Part shown: positions 1 to 8,622 of the stretch, one piece after another
Layout: each line of letters opens with the position of its first letter
Numbering within the stretch: position 1 is the first letter of the stretch
Source: a virus
Lineage: Duplodnaviria; Caudoviricetes
IMG/VR virus record: IMGVR_UViG_3300030330_006431
Span: 1-36,768 of that record
Reading direction: 5' to 3' (one strand)
DNA: 36,768 nucleotides
The notes under the pieces: generated by a model
What the model saw: the letters and a program-made list of their open reading frames with translations, nothing else
Told to the model about the DNA's origin: nothing
Database searches by the model: none
Program-made: the position numbers and the translations under genes

Positions 1-2
1 AT

Positions 3-332
3 CTGTTTAAAGTAAAAGGATTAGGTAAAAAGACACTTAAAAATTTAGGAATTGAAAAAACTAAAAAGAAAAAGAAAAAGTGGTTTACTATTGATGGGGT
101 AGATTACCCAGATAATTGCTTGGCTAAAGATAAGCGTTATGGAACTATCGACTTCTTTTGGCGTATTGATAAAGAACATAGAGAAAGTATTAGTGAACCA
201 TCAGCATGGGTTTTAAGAAATCGAAGAATTAGTGAACGTATTAGAGCAGAGGGACCTGATGGTCCTATGAGTAGGTATGTAGATAATTCTTATATGTGGG
301 AGCCTGGGTTTAAGTTCGATTGGGAAGATTGA
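3..332 (+). CDS. 5'-truncated helix-hairpin-helix (ComEA-like HhH) DNA-binding protein
   Basis: The frame of track ORF 120..332 is open back to the window edge and reads LFKVKGLGKKTLKNLG, an HhH signature, followed by a poly-Lys stretch. The true start lies upstream of the window. Confidence 0.7.
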   Translation: MFKVKGLGKKTLKNLGIEKTKKKKKKWFTIDGVDYPDNCLAKDKRYGTIDFFWRIDKEHRESISEPSAWVLRNRRISERIRAEGPDGPMSRYVDNSYMWEPGFKFDWED

Positions 333-356
333 TTATCACATAAAATATAATAACAT
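329..356 (+). promoter_or_regulatory. sigma70-like promoter candidate TTGATT-N16-TAACAT (alternative -10 TATAAT at 346-351)
   Basis: -10 ends 5 nt before ATG 362; same geometry as at 1669, 4832 and 10440. Confidence 0.45.
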
Positions 357-361
357 ATATT

Positions 362-1033
362 ATGTGCGCTATTTTTGGTTCTTTTAATACTTCTATGTTT
401 GAAGTCTTGTATGAAGCAAACAAACAAAGAGGTAATTTCGCTAGTAGTATAGTAAGCTTATCTGAAGATGATCAGTTTATTAAGAAGAAAAAAGGTGATA
501 TAGATTTTGACAAATATACTCATCAACCTAAAACAAATTACTACTTAGGTCATGTACAAGCTCCTACATCTTCAATGAGAGCTTATAGTTATGATACTTC
601 TCATCCCTTTGAGTCAATATCGTGGCTTGTATCTCATAATGGTGTTTTAACTAATCATAAAAAATTAAACTCTCTTTACGGTCTTAAGACTAGAGTAGAT
701 ACTGAAACGATAGTAAACGTGTTAGAGTACCTTACACATAAAGAACACAAAAAAGGTAAAGTTATAGTTAATCCTGCAAAAATAATTAAAAAGACGCTAG
801 AAAAGTTATCCGGTACTTTTGCTTTAAGTATTGTTTTTTGTGATACAAATGAAGTATTTCTAGCTAGATCCGGATCGTTGTTGCATTATAACAATAATGG
901 CGATTATTCTACATTAACCGGAGAAGGTCTTAAAGAATTACCGGAAGGTGTATTAGTAAAGCTTAATAATAAAACTCATAGATGGAATAAAGTAAGTGAG
1001 TTTAAACATGATTCTCCCTTTTCGTTTATATGA
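362..1033 (+). CDS. Stand-alone class II (Ntn) glutamine amidotransferase
   Basis: N-terminal nucleophile MCAIFG, plus RG, LGHVQAPT, HPF, SHNGVLTN, VDTE and GTFA motifs. Confidence 0.88.
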   Translation: MCAIFGSFNTSMFEVLYEANKQRGNFASSIVSLSEDDQFIKKKKGDIDFDKYTHQPKTNYYLGHVQAPTSSMRAYSYDTSHPFESISWLVSHNGVLTNHKKLNSLYGLKTRVDTETIVNVLEYLTHKEHKKGKVIVNPAKIIKKTLEKLSGTFALSIVFCDTNEVFLARSGSLLHYNNNGDYSTLTGEGLKELPEGVLVKLNNKTHRWNKVSEFKHDSPFSFI

Positions 1034-1683
1034 TAGAAAATATGATATTTTCGGCTACCGCTGGAAGAGATATAGATACGTTGCTTTGGAAAACTTCAGA
1101 GAATTCATCTGTAATTTTTAAACAAAACAATACCGACTCTTTACAGAAGGTTTATAATAAAGCAATAGATTTTGCTATTCAAGAAAATGTACAAAATTTA
1201 ATTTTAGTACATGATGATGTTATATTAGAAAACTTTACTGATGAAAGATTAGAAAAATTATTTAAAAAGTATGACGTAGTTGGCTGTGCTGGTACAACTG
1301 AAGTAAATTTATCACCACCAGCGCTTTGGCACTTAATGGGTGGGGGGTTTGGGTCAAAAAATTTACATGGAGCTGTTGCCCATGGCAATGAAAAAGAAAA
1401 GAACATGACACCATTTGGTTCTTACCCTCATAGAGTGGTAATAATTGATGGTGTCTTTATGGCCATTAAAAGACAGGTATTTCAAAAGATTAAATTTGAT
1501 GAATCATGCCCTTCAAAATGGCATTTTTATGATTTAGATTATTCGATGCAATGCCATAAAGCAGGTTTTAAGGTAGGTGTTGGTGATATTATAGTAACAC
1601 ATAACTCCCCTGGTTTAACTTCATTTACTGAAGAGTTTAATAAAGGTCAGGAGTGGTTTTTGAACAAGTGGAAAAGCAAATAA
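1030..1683 (+). CDS. GT-A fold glycosyltransferase, GT2-like (Glyco_tranf_2_5 type)
   Basis: YNKAI, LILVHDDV (DxD-type), VVGCAG, IDGVFMA, FDE, WHFYDLD and VTHxSPG motifs; ATGA-coupled to the amidotransferase. Confidence 0.85.
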   Translation: MIENMIFSATAGRDIDTLLWKTSENSSVIFKQNNTDSLQKVYNKAIDFAIQENVQNLILVHDDVILENFTDERLEKLFKKYDVVGCAGTTEVNLSPPALWHLMGGGFGSKNLHGAVAHGNEKEKNMTPFGSYPHRVVIIDGVFMAIKRQVFQKIKFDESCPSKWHFYDLDYSMQCHKAGFKVGVGDIIVTHNSPGLTSFTEEFNKGQEWFLNKWKSK

Positions 1684-1696
1684 AATATAATATCAT
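1669..1696 (+). promoter_or_regulatory. sigma70-like promoter candidate TGGAAA-N16-TATCAT
   Basis: -10 ends 6 nt before GTG 1703; shares TAAAATATAATA with the region upstream of 362. Confidence 0.4.
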
Positions 1697-1702
1697 TATA
1701 TT

Positions 1703-3010
1703 GTGAGTAAATTGGACTTAGATTATTTCGAGAATGTTCTTATCTATAAGTCCCTTACTGATGGAACTTATCTAGCATCTGTTGCTGATTTTGTAAAGCC
1801 TGAGTACTTTAAAAATAAAGCTATAGCTAGTATATTTGCTATTATTAAAGAATTTTCTGAGAAACGCAATAAGCTACCTACTACAACTGAGATAAAATCT
1901 CATTTAGTAACTGATGAACAGAAAGAATCCTTTAAGGAGTTAGTAGTATCGTTTAATGATATTGATAAAGCCTTAGATAAAGATGAATTGTATGATAATA
2001 CAGAGCAATTCTTAAAAGAGAAAGCTGTTTATCATACTATGCTTAATGTAGCTGAGGATGTATCAAGTGGTAAAGTTGATACTTCTGTAATATTAGATAA
2101 ATTTGAAAAGTCTTGTAATATAAATCTAGTAACTGATTTAGGTTTAGATCTTTATAGTGATATTGACTTGCTTATAGATGATATCAACTCTGTAGAACGA
2201 CATGTTCCTAGTACTTGGGATTGGTTGGATGAAACTTTAGGTGGAGGCTTTCTTGAGGCTGGTAAATCTTTATATGTATTTGCAGGTGAAACTAATATTG
2301 GTAAGTCTATCTTCTTGGGTAATATTGCTACTAACATAGCTCAACAAGGTAAGAATGTTTTATTAGTAACTCTTGAGATGTCTGAGTTATTATACGCGCG
2401 TAGATTATGTACTAACGTAACGAAGATACCTATGAAAGAGTTAGCTGGTAATACTCCTTCAATTAAGCAAGCAATAAAGAGTGAAGAAGGTAAGATTTTT
2501 ATTAAAGAGTTTCCTCCTTCAACAATCACTCCAAGTCAGTTAAAGGGCTTTGTTAAAAAGTTTCAAGATAAAGGTATTAAGTTAGATGCTATAGTTTTAG
2601 ATTATCTTAACTTGATGCATTCTACTATGGGTAATAATTCATATGAACGTATTAAGCATGTGACTGAGCAAGTTCGTGCAATGAGTTATATTTTTGAATG
2701 TCCTATTATATCAGCTACTCAGTTAAATAGATCAGGCTTTGATACTGATAATCCTGATCTTGCTACTATATCTGAATCTATTGGATTAGCTGCTACTGCT
2801 GATGTTATTGTATCTATTTATCAGAATGAAGAAGATAGAGAACTTGGTATTATTAGACTTGGTATGATGAAAAATCGATATGGTCCCCGGGGAACTACTC
2901 AAGCTATGCGAATAGATTATAGTACTTTATCTATCGAAGAAGCTGATGATATTGAGTTTGAAGATGATGGGAATGAAACCCTAAGCGCTTTAGTAGGACT
3001 TGCACAATAA
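1703..3010 (+). CDS. 41: Replicative DnaB-like (SF4) helicase, T4 gp41-like
   Basis: Walker A AGETNIGKS, VTLEMSE, Walker B IVLDYLNLM, SATQLNR, ISESIG, KNRYG; GTG start. Confidence 0.95.
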   Translation: MSKLDLDYFENVLIYKSLTDGTYLASVADFVKPEYFKNKAIASIFAIIKEFSEKRNKLPTTTEIKSHLVTDEQKESFKELVVSFNDIDKALDKDELYDNTEQFLKEKAVYHTMLNVAEDVSSGKVDTSVILDKFEKSCNINLVTDLGLDLYSDIDLLIDDINSVERHVPSTWDWLDETLGGGFLEAGKSLYVFAGETNIGKSIFLGNIATNIAQQGKNVLLVTLEMSELLYARRLCTNVTKIPMKELAGNTPSIKQAIKSEEGKIFIKEFPPSTITPSQLKGFVKKFQDKGIKLDAIVLDYLNLMHSTMGNNSYERIKHVTEQVRAMSYIFECPIISATQLNRSGFDTDNPDLATISESIGLAATADVIVSIYQNEEDRELGIIRLGMMKNRYGPRGTTQAMRIDYSTLSIEEADDIEFEDDGNETLSALVGLAQ

Positions 3011-3021
3011 GGAACTTTTTG

Positions 3022-3027
3022 TAAATA
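3022..3027 (+). promoter_or_regulatory. Late-promoter core TAAATA
   Basis: 6 nt before GTG 3034; matches the core of the T4 late promoter TATAAATA. Confidence 0.55.
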
Positions 3028-3033
3028 TAAACA

Positions 3034-3903
3034 GTGAATATCCAAGTATGGACTGATACTGATTTACACGGAGCGGGCGGGACTCTGGTATTGCAGTGGT
3101 TATATAAAGACAGTAAAGCGTTTAATATAAACGATGTTACTGAGTCTACGCTTACTGGACGTTTTAAAGGAGCTTTACAAACTCTAGATCACTATGATAG
3201 AGTTTTTATCGTTGACTTGGATCTTAATGAGGAACAAATTAAACTTGTAGATAGAGAAAACGTAGTAGTTATCGATACGCATAAAAACCACAATAAAAAT
3301 AAACACCTTTATAAAAAATCAAAAGTTATAATAGATGATAGCTTTTTTTCTTGCGTAGATTTAATTTGTGATAAATTTAAAAGCCATATTAACTTAACTA
3401 AAGAACAGGAAAAGCTAATAGAAATTATAAGTCAATATGATTGGTATAAATCTAATAATGATGCATTAAAGCTAAATGCTATTTATTATAATTTAAATTC
3501 TCCTAAAACAGAAAACTTTATTAGTAACTTTTATAACGGATTATCTGATTTTACTATACAGCAAAAAAATTCAATAAAGTTATTCTTTAAAAAATTCAAA
3601 GATCAAATTAACAGTAATGATGTCTTTAAAGGTAAAATAAAAGACTACAACGTAGTAGCTTCGTTTGGTGATTATGCTATAGGTGAATTAGCTCATTTTC
3701 TTCTTAGTAAGTATAAAGCTGATATCAGTATAATTGTTAATACAAAAGCTAAAACGGTTTCATTTAGAAGGAACAAGGATTGTGATATAGATGTAAGTTT
3801 ATTAGCTAAAAAATTATGTGACGGGGGTGGTCACTCTGCAGCGGCTGGAGGTAAGTTAACTAAGCAATTTGCAATTTTAACCAAACAATTTACCCAATGT
3901 TAA
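3034..3903 (+). CDS. DHH/DHHA1 family phosphoesterase with altered catalytic motifs
   Basis: TDTDLHGAG (motif I), VFIVDL (II), IDTHK (DHH reads DTH), VSFRR and GGGHSAAAG (DHHA1). Confidence 0.85.
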   Translation: MNIQVWTDTDLHGAGGTLVLQWLYKDSKAFNINDVTESTLTGRFKGALQTLDHYDRVFIVDLDLNEEQIKLVDRENVVVIDTHKNHNKNKHLYKKSKVIIDDSFFSCVDLICDKFKSHINLTKEQEKLIEIISQYDWYKSNNDALKLNAIYYNLNSPKTENFISNFYNGLSDFTIQQKNSIKLFFKKFKDQINSNDVFKGKIKDYNVVASFGDYAIGELAHFLLSKYKADISIIVNTKAKTVSFRRNKDCDIDVSLLAKKLCDGGGHSAAAGGKLTKQFAILTKQFTQC

Positions 3904-4193
3904 ATACAAATATTAACCAAGCACCTTCAAGCACACTAATAAAGGATGAAACTGAACACTTACTTTTGTGTTTTTGTACTTTTTGCTCACAGTTAAAAGG
4001 TAAAAAGTTATCATTACAAAATATCTTTATATTAGTATTACAAGAGGAAAAAATAAGAAATATTCTTAAGGAACTTTTAACCATTGAAACTAACTATGAT
4101 GTAGTTAAACTATTTATAGACTTTGAGCCTTCGATTACTAAATCAAAATACATTACAAAGTTCCTTAATTCACATTCAGATATAGATTTATGA
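3897..4193 (+). CDS. Hypothetical helical protein
   Basis: 98-aa ORF overlapping both neighbours within the operon. Confidence 0.75.
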   Translation: MLNTNINQAPSSTLIKDETEHLLLCFCTFCSQLKGKKLSLQNIFILVLQEEKIRNILKELLTIETNYDVVKLFIDFEPSITKSKYITKFLNSHSDIDL

Positions 4194-4858
4194 TCACCGA
4201 AAAAGAGAAGTCAATATATAACAGCTACTTATATGCTTCTCGAAAGGCTAAAAACAAGCCAGTTAGACTTAGACAAAATTTTGACAACTTAGAGAGTAAA
4301 GATGAAGTAGCACTTAAAAAGCTTAATTTACTCTTATCGAAATATAGCCATATTAACTATAGCGATTTTTTTATAGCACCGTATATGGTATATGGCTCTG
4401 ATAATTATTTTGATTTGTCATTTTTTAATACACGTAAGGCAATCAAATGTTATTCTATACACTGTAAGAACAAACAAGTTCAAGATCCTGACAGTGAGGA
4501 TAGTGTTAATACTTTAAAAGAGTGTTTAAAGTTTATTTGTTGTTATTGTGAAGAGGAAGAAATAACGTTAGCACAATATAAGAACTATTCTAATGTTGAT
4601 ACACCTAATTCTATTCCAATAATTTTTACACATCTTAAAAATCACAAGATTAATTTTTATCTATTGCATGCTCTTAGTGTTGATTCAGCTATAAAAGAAT
4701 GTAACGGAACTTTAACTTGGATTATTCCTGAATTTTATGATCTGTATGCGCAGACAAGAGCTAAGTTCCTAAGTTCCAAAGTTCTAAAAGAGAAAGCTAA
4801 TAAAGGGCTAAAAATAATAGAACAAAAGCTCTTGAAGTTCAGCACGCCGGCGTTATAA
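4190..4858 (+). CDS. Probable helicase loader, T4 gp59-like
   Basis: Size, basic helical composition and position immediately upstream of gp32 match T4 gene 59; PIIFTHLKNHKINF weakly resembles the gp59 C-domain. Confidence 0.5.
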   Translation: MITEKEKSIYNSYLYASRKAKNKPVRLRQNFDNLESKDEVALKKLNLLLSKYSHINYSDFFIAPYMVYGSDNYFDLSFFNTRKAIKCYSIHCKNKQVQDPDSEDSVNTLKECLKFICCYCEEEEITLAQYKNYSNVDTPNSIPIIFTHLKNHKINFYLLHALSVDSAIKECNGTLTWIIPEFYDLYAQTRAKFLSSKVLKEKANKGLKIIEQKLLKFSTPAL

Positions 4859-4859
4859 T
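4832..4859 (+). promoter_or_regulatory. sigma70-like promoter TTGAAG-N16-TATAAT for gp32, with palindrome ACGCCGGCGT in the spacer
   Basis: Perfect -10 ending 6 nt before ATG 4866. Confidence 0.6.
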
Positions 4860-4865
4860 TATGGC

Positions 4866-5696
4866 ATGAGTACTTTTACTAGTTCAATGTTTCAATCAAT
4901 TAAAGATGCACTAGCTACTTCTGATAATAAGGGGTCAGCTAAATTTAACGAGATTATGCCGACTAAGTCGGGTAATACTTATACGGTAAGACTTTTACCT
5001 TTTGCTAAAGATCCGAGTAAGACTTTCTTCCATTACTACAATCATGGATGGACGTCTTTCGCTACTGGCCAATATGTTCAAGCGCTTAGTCCACAAACGT
5101 TCGGTGAACGTGATCCTATCGCTGAAGAACGTTTTAAAGTTCTTCGTACTGGTAGTGAAGAAGAAAAAGAGAAGATGAGCGCTGTTCGTCGTCTTGAAAA
5201 GTGGTTAGTTAACGTCTATGTTATTGATGATCCAACTAATCCGGATAATAATGGCAATGTAAAAATTCTTCGTTATGGTAAGCAGCTTCATAAAATTATT
5301 ACTGAAGCTATCGAGGGTGAAGATGCTGAAGAGTTTGGTGCTCGTATCTTTGATCTTGGATCTGAAGGTGTTAACTTTAAAATTAAAGTAGAGCAGCAAG
5401 GCGACTATCCTACTTATGTATCTTCTAGATTTACTCCTGCTGGAAAGATTGATCTTTCTGAAGATGAGCAGAAGGGTATCTATGAAGGGGCTCATGATCT
5501 TACAGAAGTCTTTACTCTTAAATCATATGATGAACTAAAGGATATGTTTAACGAGCATTATTATTGCAGGACTGATGAACCTACTCCTACTACTTCAGCT
5601 CCAGTTCCTAGCGAGACGCCTACTGAGCCAGAACCGGCTGTAGTATCTAATGATACTGTTGAAGAAGATATTGACGAACTGTTAAAAGATCTTTAA
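4866..5696 (+). CDS. 32: Single-stranded DNA-binding protein, T4 gp32-like
   Basis: VRLLP, HGW, NVYVIDDPTNPDNNGNVKILRYGKQL, FDL..G.NFKIK, and acidic tail DIDELLKDL. Confidence 0.93.
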   Translation: MSTFTSSMFQSIKDALATSDNKGSAKFNEIMPTKSGNTYTVRLLPFAKDPSKTFFHYYNHGWTSFATGQYVQALSPQTFGERDPIAEERFKVLRTGSEEEKEKMSAVRRLEKWLVNVYVIDDPTNPDNNGNVKILRYGKQLHKIITEAIEGEDAEEFGARIFDLGSEGVNFKIKVEQQGDYPTYVSSRFTPAGKIDLSEDEQKGIYEGAHDLTEVFTLKSYDELKDMFNEHYYCRTDEPTPTTSAPVPSETPTEPEPAVVSNDTVEEDIDELLKDL

Positions 5697-5697
5697 T

Positions 5698-6156
5698 ATG
5701 GAACCTCAAGGAATGACTCCTGAAGAAAAAGCTGCTGTTATGCAGTTTATGGGTACAACGTACGGTCAAGCCCACCAACAAGATAAAATGCTTGTTGGTG
5801 GATCTTCTAATCTACAACCTAAATCTCAGGAACTAAAAAAGGTGTTTGAGCAAACAGCTCACATGCCTACAGTTAGTAGACAACCTCAGCAACCAACTCA
5901 ACAAGCTGCAGCTCCACCAGCTGAAGTTAATACTGTAACACCTGAACAAGCAGCTCAAGAAATTTCAGCTCAACAAACTATTAGGACACAACAACCTCCA
6001 ACAGTTGAGCAGATTGATCCTAATCAAGTAGAGTTTGATTTTTCAGAGCCTAGTAAGCTTGATCAGCTTATAGATCTAATTAAAGATCAAAATTTGATTC
6101 TTAAGGATATTAGCTTAAAATTAGATAATGGGAAAGATTCTAAAGTTAAAAAGTAA
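5698..6156 (+). CDS. Gln/Pro-rich disordered protein with C-terminal coiled coil and clamp-binding-like motif
   Basis: Low-complexity Q/P/A/T core, QVEFDF, heptad segment KLDQLIDLIKDQNLILKDI. Confidence 0.75.
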   Translation: MEPQGMTPEEKAAVMQFMGTTYGQAHQQDKMLVGGSSNLQPKSQELKKVFEQTAHMPTVSRQPQQPTQQAAAPPAEVNTVTPEQAAQEISAQQTIRTQQPPTVEQIDPNQVEFDFSEPSKLDQLIDLIKDQNLILKDISLKLDNGKDSKVKK

Positions 6157-6850
6157 AAACGAATATCTAAAATATTTAGATACTGTTTCAAAAATTATAG
6201 ATACTGGTGTTATTTTTGAAATTAAAGAGAATAAGTTAGTTAGTCTGGCCTCTAGTCTAGATAGTACGTTAATACTACATAGTGAATATACATCAGATTT
6301 TAATTTTTCTGATACTCTTAATATTCCTGATGTTAAAAAACTTAGGCATGTTTTAGATACTATCGAAGAAGAGTCTATTGCGATAGAAGTTAATAATAAT
6401 AATTTACAATACAGTGGTAATGGTGTAAAGTTTAAGTATCATCTTTATGAAGAAGGCTTTATTACTAAGCCTAATATTAATATCGATAAAATTAATAAGT
6501 TTAAATTTGATGTTAACTTTGGTTTAAATAAAGCTACTATTCAAAGATTATTTAAAGGTAGTACGTTTGCTAGCGAAACTAATAAAATATATTTTTATAC
6601 TGAAAATAAAAATTTGATGGCGGAATTAACCGATCGAGCAAGACATAATACTGATAACTTTACTTTAAGTTTAGGTAAGGTAGATTTTGAACTAGAGCCT
6701 ATTGCGGTTAATCTAGATAATATTAGATTGATTTCATTGTTAAATGATGATATTAGAGTAAAAATTAATACTGAATATGGCGTTGTTGTATTTGATATTG
6801 AAGAAAATAATATTAAATTAAGATATATAATTTCAGCTCTTACACAATAA
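6128..6850 (+). CDS. 45: DNA sliding clamp (gp45/PCNA fold)
   Basis: 240 aa two-domain beta-alpha-beta pattern, LNIPDVKKLRHVL, C-terminal LRYIISA, replisome context. Confidence 0.8.
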   Translation: MGKILKLKSKNEYLKYLDTVSKIIDTGVIFEIKENKLVSLASSLDSTLILHSEYTSDFNFSDTLNIPDVKKLRHVLDTIEEESIAIEVNNNNLQYSGNGVKFKYHLYEEGFITKPNINIDKINKFKFDVNFGLNKATIQRLFKGSTFASETNKIYFYTENKNLMAELTDRARHNTDNFTLSLGKVDFELEPIAVNLDNIRLISLLNDDIRVKINTEYGVVVFDIEENNIKLRYIISALTQ

Positions 6851-7191
6851 TGATAACAATGAACCAAAAAAAGAATAAGTTAAAAACTCCGGGGTATTTT
6901 ATTAAAAGACTTAAGGATAACGATTTTGTAACTTTGAGAATTTTCGATAAGTATAGTAAAAGTGATCCTCGTAAATGGACTGTATTAATTGACCCGTCTG
7001 GATCGTCTGTATACGTTACCTGTTTTGAAAATACACCATTTAAAGGTGAATATCTATTTCAATTTAACGATGGTAATCAAATGTTTAAAGGTAATCTTAG
7101 TTTAAAGACGGACTCTATTGAAGTAGTAGTACAAAAGCTACTTAAGAGTGGAGTAAGACAGAAGTCTGAAAGTGATTTTTTGAATAAATAA
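6850..7191 (+). CDS. Hypothetical protein
   Basis: Coupled ORF with globular composition; the start could be the ATG at 6859. Confidence 0.75.
   Translation: MITMNQKKNKLKTPGYFIKRLKDNDFVTLRIFDKYSKSDPRKWTVLIDPSGSSVYVTCFENTPFKGEYLFQFNDGNQMFKGNLSLKTDSIEVVVQKLLKSGVRQKSESDFLNK
7185..7190 (+). promoter_or_regulatory. Late-promoter core TAAATA
   Basis: 5 nt before ATG 7196. Confidence 0.6.
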
Positions 7192-7195
7192 CCTT

Positions 7196-7516
7196 ATGGA
7201 TAATGAAGATGATCTAAACTCTAGAGATGATGATGAGCTTAGAGAGTTGGTTGAACGCGCTTTAAAGGATAATATTAAAGAAAGAAAATCATTTAAAAGA
7301 CGCCAAGATTTAGCAAATCGTCTTTCTACTATTTTATGTGAATACTTAGATAGTTATATTTTACTAGGTTATGATTTTAACGGTAAGCATCTTGACATTA
7401 AAGCAGCAAGTACACCGCAGCAAAAAGAAGCACTAAATTCATTTTTAATGAAATATTTTGCTACTGAAATACAATCTATTAAAGGTATTAATCCAGATTC
7501 TGATGAATTACTGTAA
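7196..7516 (+). CDS. Hypothetical protein
   Basis: 106-aa ORF with its own TAAATA. Confidence 0.75.
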   Translation: MDNEDDLNSRDDDELRELVERALKDNIKERKSFKRRQDLANRLSTILCEYLDSYILLGYDFNGKHLDIKAASTPQQKEALNSFLMKYFATEIQSIKGINPDSDELL

Positions 7517-7817
7517 AAAACAAATATACGCTGTTGAGACAGGAGATTATGTGGGTCAAATGTTTGTGGTAGTAGAAGTTAGTAACGACGCTATAGGCTG
7601 TCTATCTCTCCCGAAAATGGAAAATATAAAGGTACCGAGAGAATCATTTGATTCCGGAAGGAACAATGATATAATTAAATTAGTAGAAGAACTACCTAAA
7701 AATGTTTATAGTGTAGTTGAAGCTCAGTATAATAAAAATGAAAACTCTGATAGTAGACGGCAACAACTTAATACACCGAACGTATTATACAGCAAAGAAT
7801 CAGTCGAAAAAGACTGA
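7503..7817 (+). CDS. Hypothetical small beta-barrel (SH3/KOW-like) protein
   Basis: ATG 7503 preferred over track TTG 7458; IYAVETGDYVGQMFVVVEV is KOW-like. Confidence 0.65.
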   Translation: MNYCKKQIYAVETGDYVGQMFVVVEVSNDAIGCLSLPKMENIKVPRESFDSGRNNDIIKLVEELPKNVYSVVEAQYNKNENSDSRRQQLNTPNVLYSKESVEKD

Positions 7818-8622
7818 TAATCATTCAGACGAACAAGTCAATAATCTACATATATACTTTACGCTTAACGCTGTTAGCTCCTACGTGAGGCAGTTTGTTC
7901 CTGATAATACTATATTTGTATGGGATGAAAAGCCCGTTTATAAAAAGAACATACGTAAGGGTATGTTAGAGAGTTACAAGGGTAATAGATCTAAAGACAG
8001 TAGCCCTCACCAAAACAACGAAGTTATAAAATCCATACTTAAGTCTATGGGTATTAATTCTATATTTCCTAGTCAATTAGAAGCTGATGATGTAGTAGCT
8101 TATATATGTAGAGAAACAGAAGGGTCAAAAGTGATTATTTCAGTAGATAGAGACTTCTTACAGCTAATAAGTGAAGATTGTTTGCTGTACGATCCTATTA
8201 GAAAGAAGCATTTTGAACTTAAAACGTTTGAAGAAAATACAGGCTATATAGACGTCGAACAGTGGTTTACAGCAAAGTGTTTAACCGGTGATAAGTCAGA
8301 TAATGTACCCGGTATACCTCGATTCGGTGCTGCTTCTGTAAAAAAATACCTCAATGATCCTGGATTTATTTTAGATGAAAAGCAGCATGAAATATTTAAA
8401 CGTAATGTAGATATATTTTGTTTAGATAAGTATGAATCTATACCAGAAGAGTCAAATTATTATAAAGAGCAACTTAAGGTTAAGGTTAATCCATGCTATA
8501 AAACATTTTTAAATTACTGTAAGAAATATTCATTCAAACGTATTTTAGATAAAAAAGAAGATTGGCATAATTTATTTTTTATAAAGTCATTATATAATAA
8601 ATTAAATGATATCGCTTCCTGA
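7738..8622 (+). CDS. rnh: 5'-3' exonuclease / T4 RNase H-like (PIN/FEN fold)
   Basis: LIVDGNNLIHR, YKGNR, EADD, SVDRDFLQL, GDKSDNVPGIPRFG. ATG 7738 preferred over TTG 7717 and is preceded by TATAAT at 7728-7733. Confidence 0.92.
   Translation: MKTLIVDGNNLIHRTYYTAKNQSKKTDNHSDEQVNNLHIYFTLNAVSSYVRQFVPDNTIFVWDEKPVYKKNIRKGMLESYKGNRSKDSSPHQNNEVIKSILKSMGINSIFPSQLEADDVVAYICRETEGSKVIISVDRDFLQLISEDCLLYDPIRKKHFELKTFEENTGYIDVEQWFTAKCLTGDKSDNVPGIPRFGAASVKKYLNDPGFILDEKQHEIFKRNVDIFCLDKYESIPEESNYYKEQLKVKVNPCYKTFLNYCKKYSFKRILDKKEDWHNLFFIKSLYNKLNDIAS

Noticed and set aside
3901-3914. TAAATA-N5-ATT as an alternative non-AUG start for the 98-aa ORF
   Set aside because: Geometry matches, but an in-frame coupled ATG exists at 3897 and a leaderless ATT start is unlikely.
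3897-4193. 98-aa ORF as T4 gp33 by 33-59-32 synteny
   Set aside because: Size and position fit, but no gp33-like sequence or C-terminal clamp-binding motif is visible.
7165-7191. C-terminal SDFLNK as a T4 SLDFL clamp-binding motif
   Set aside because: Partial match only, and the codons are constrained by the overlapping TAAATA.
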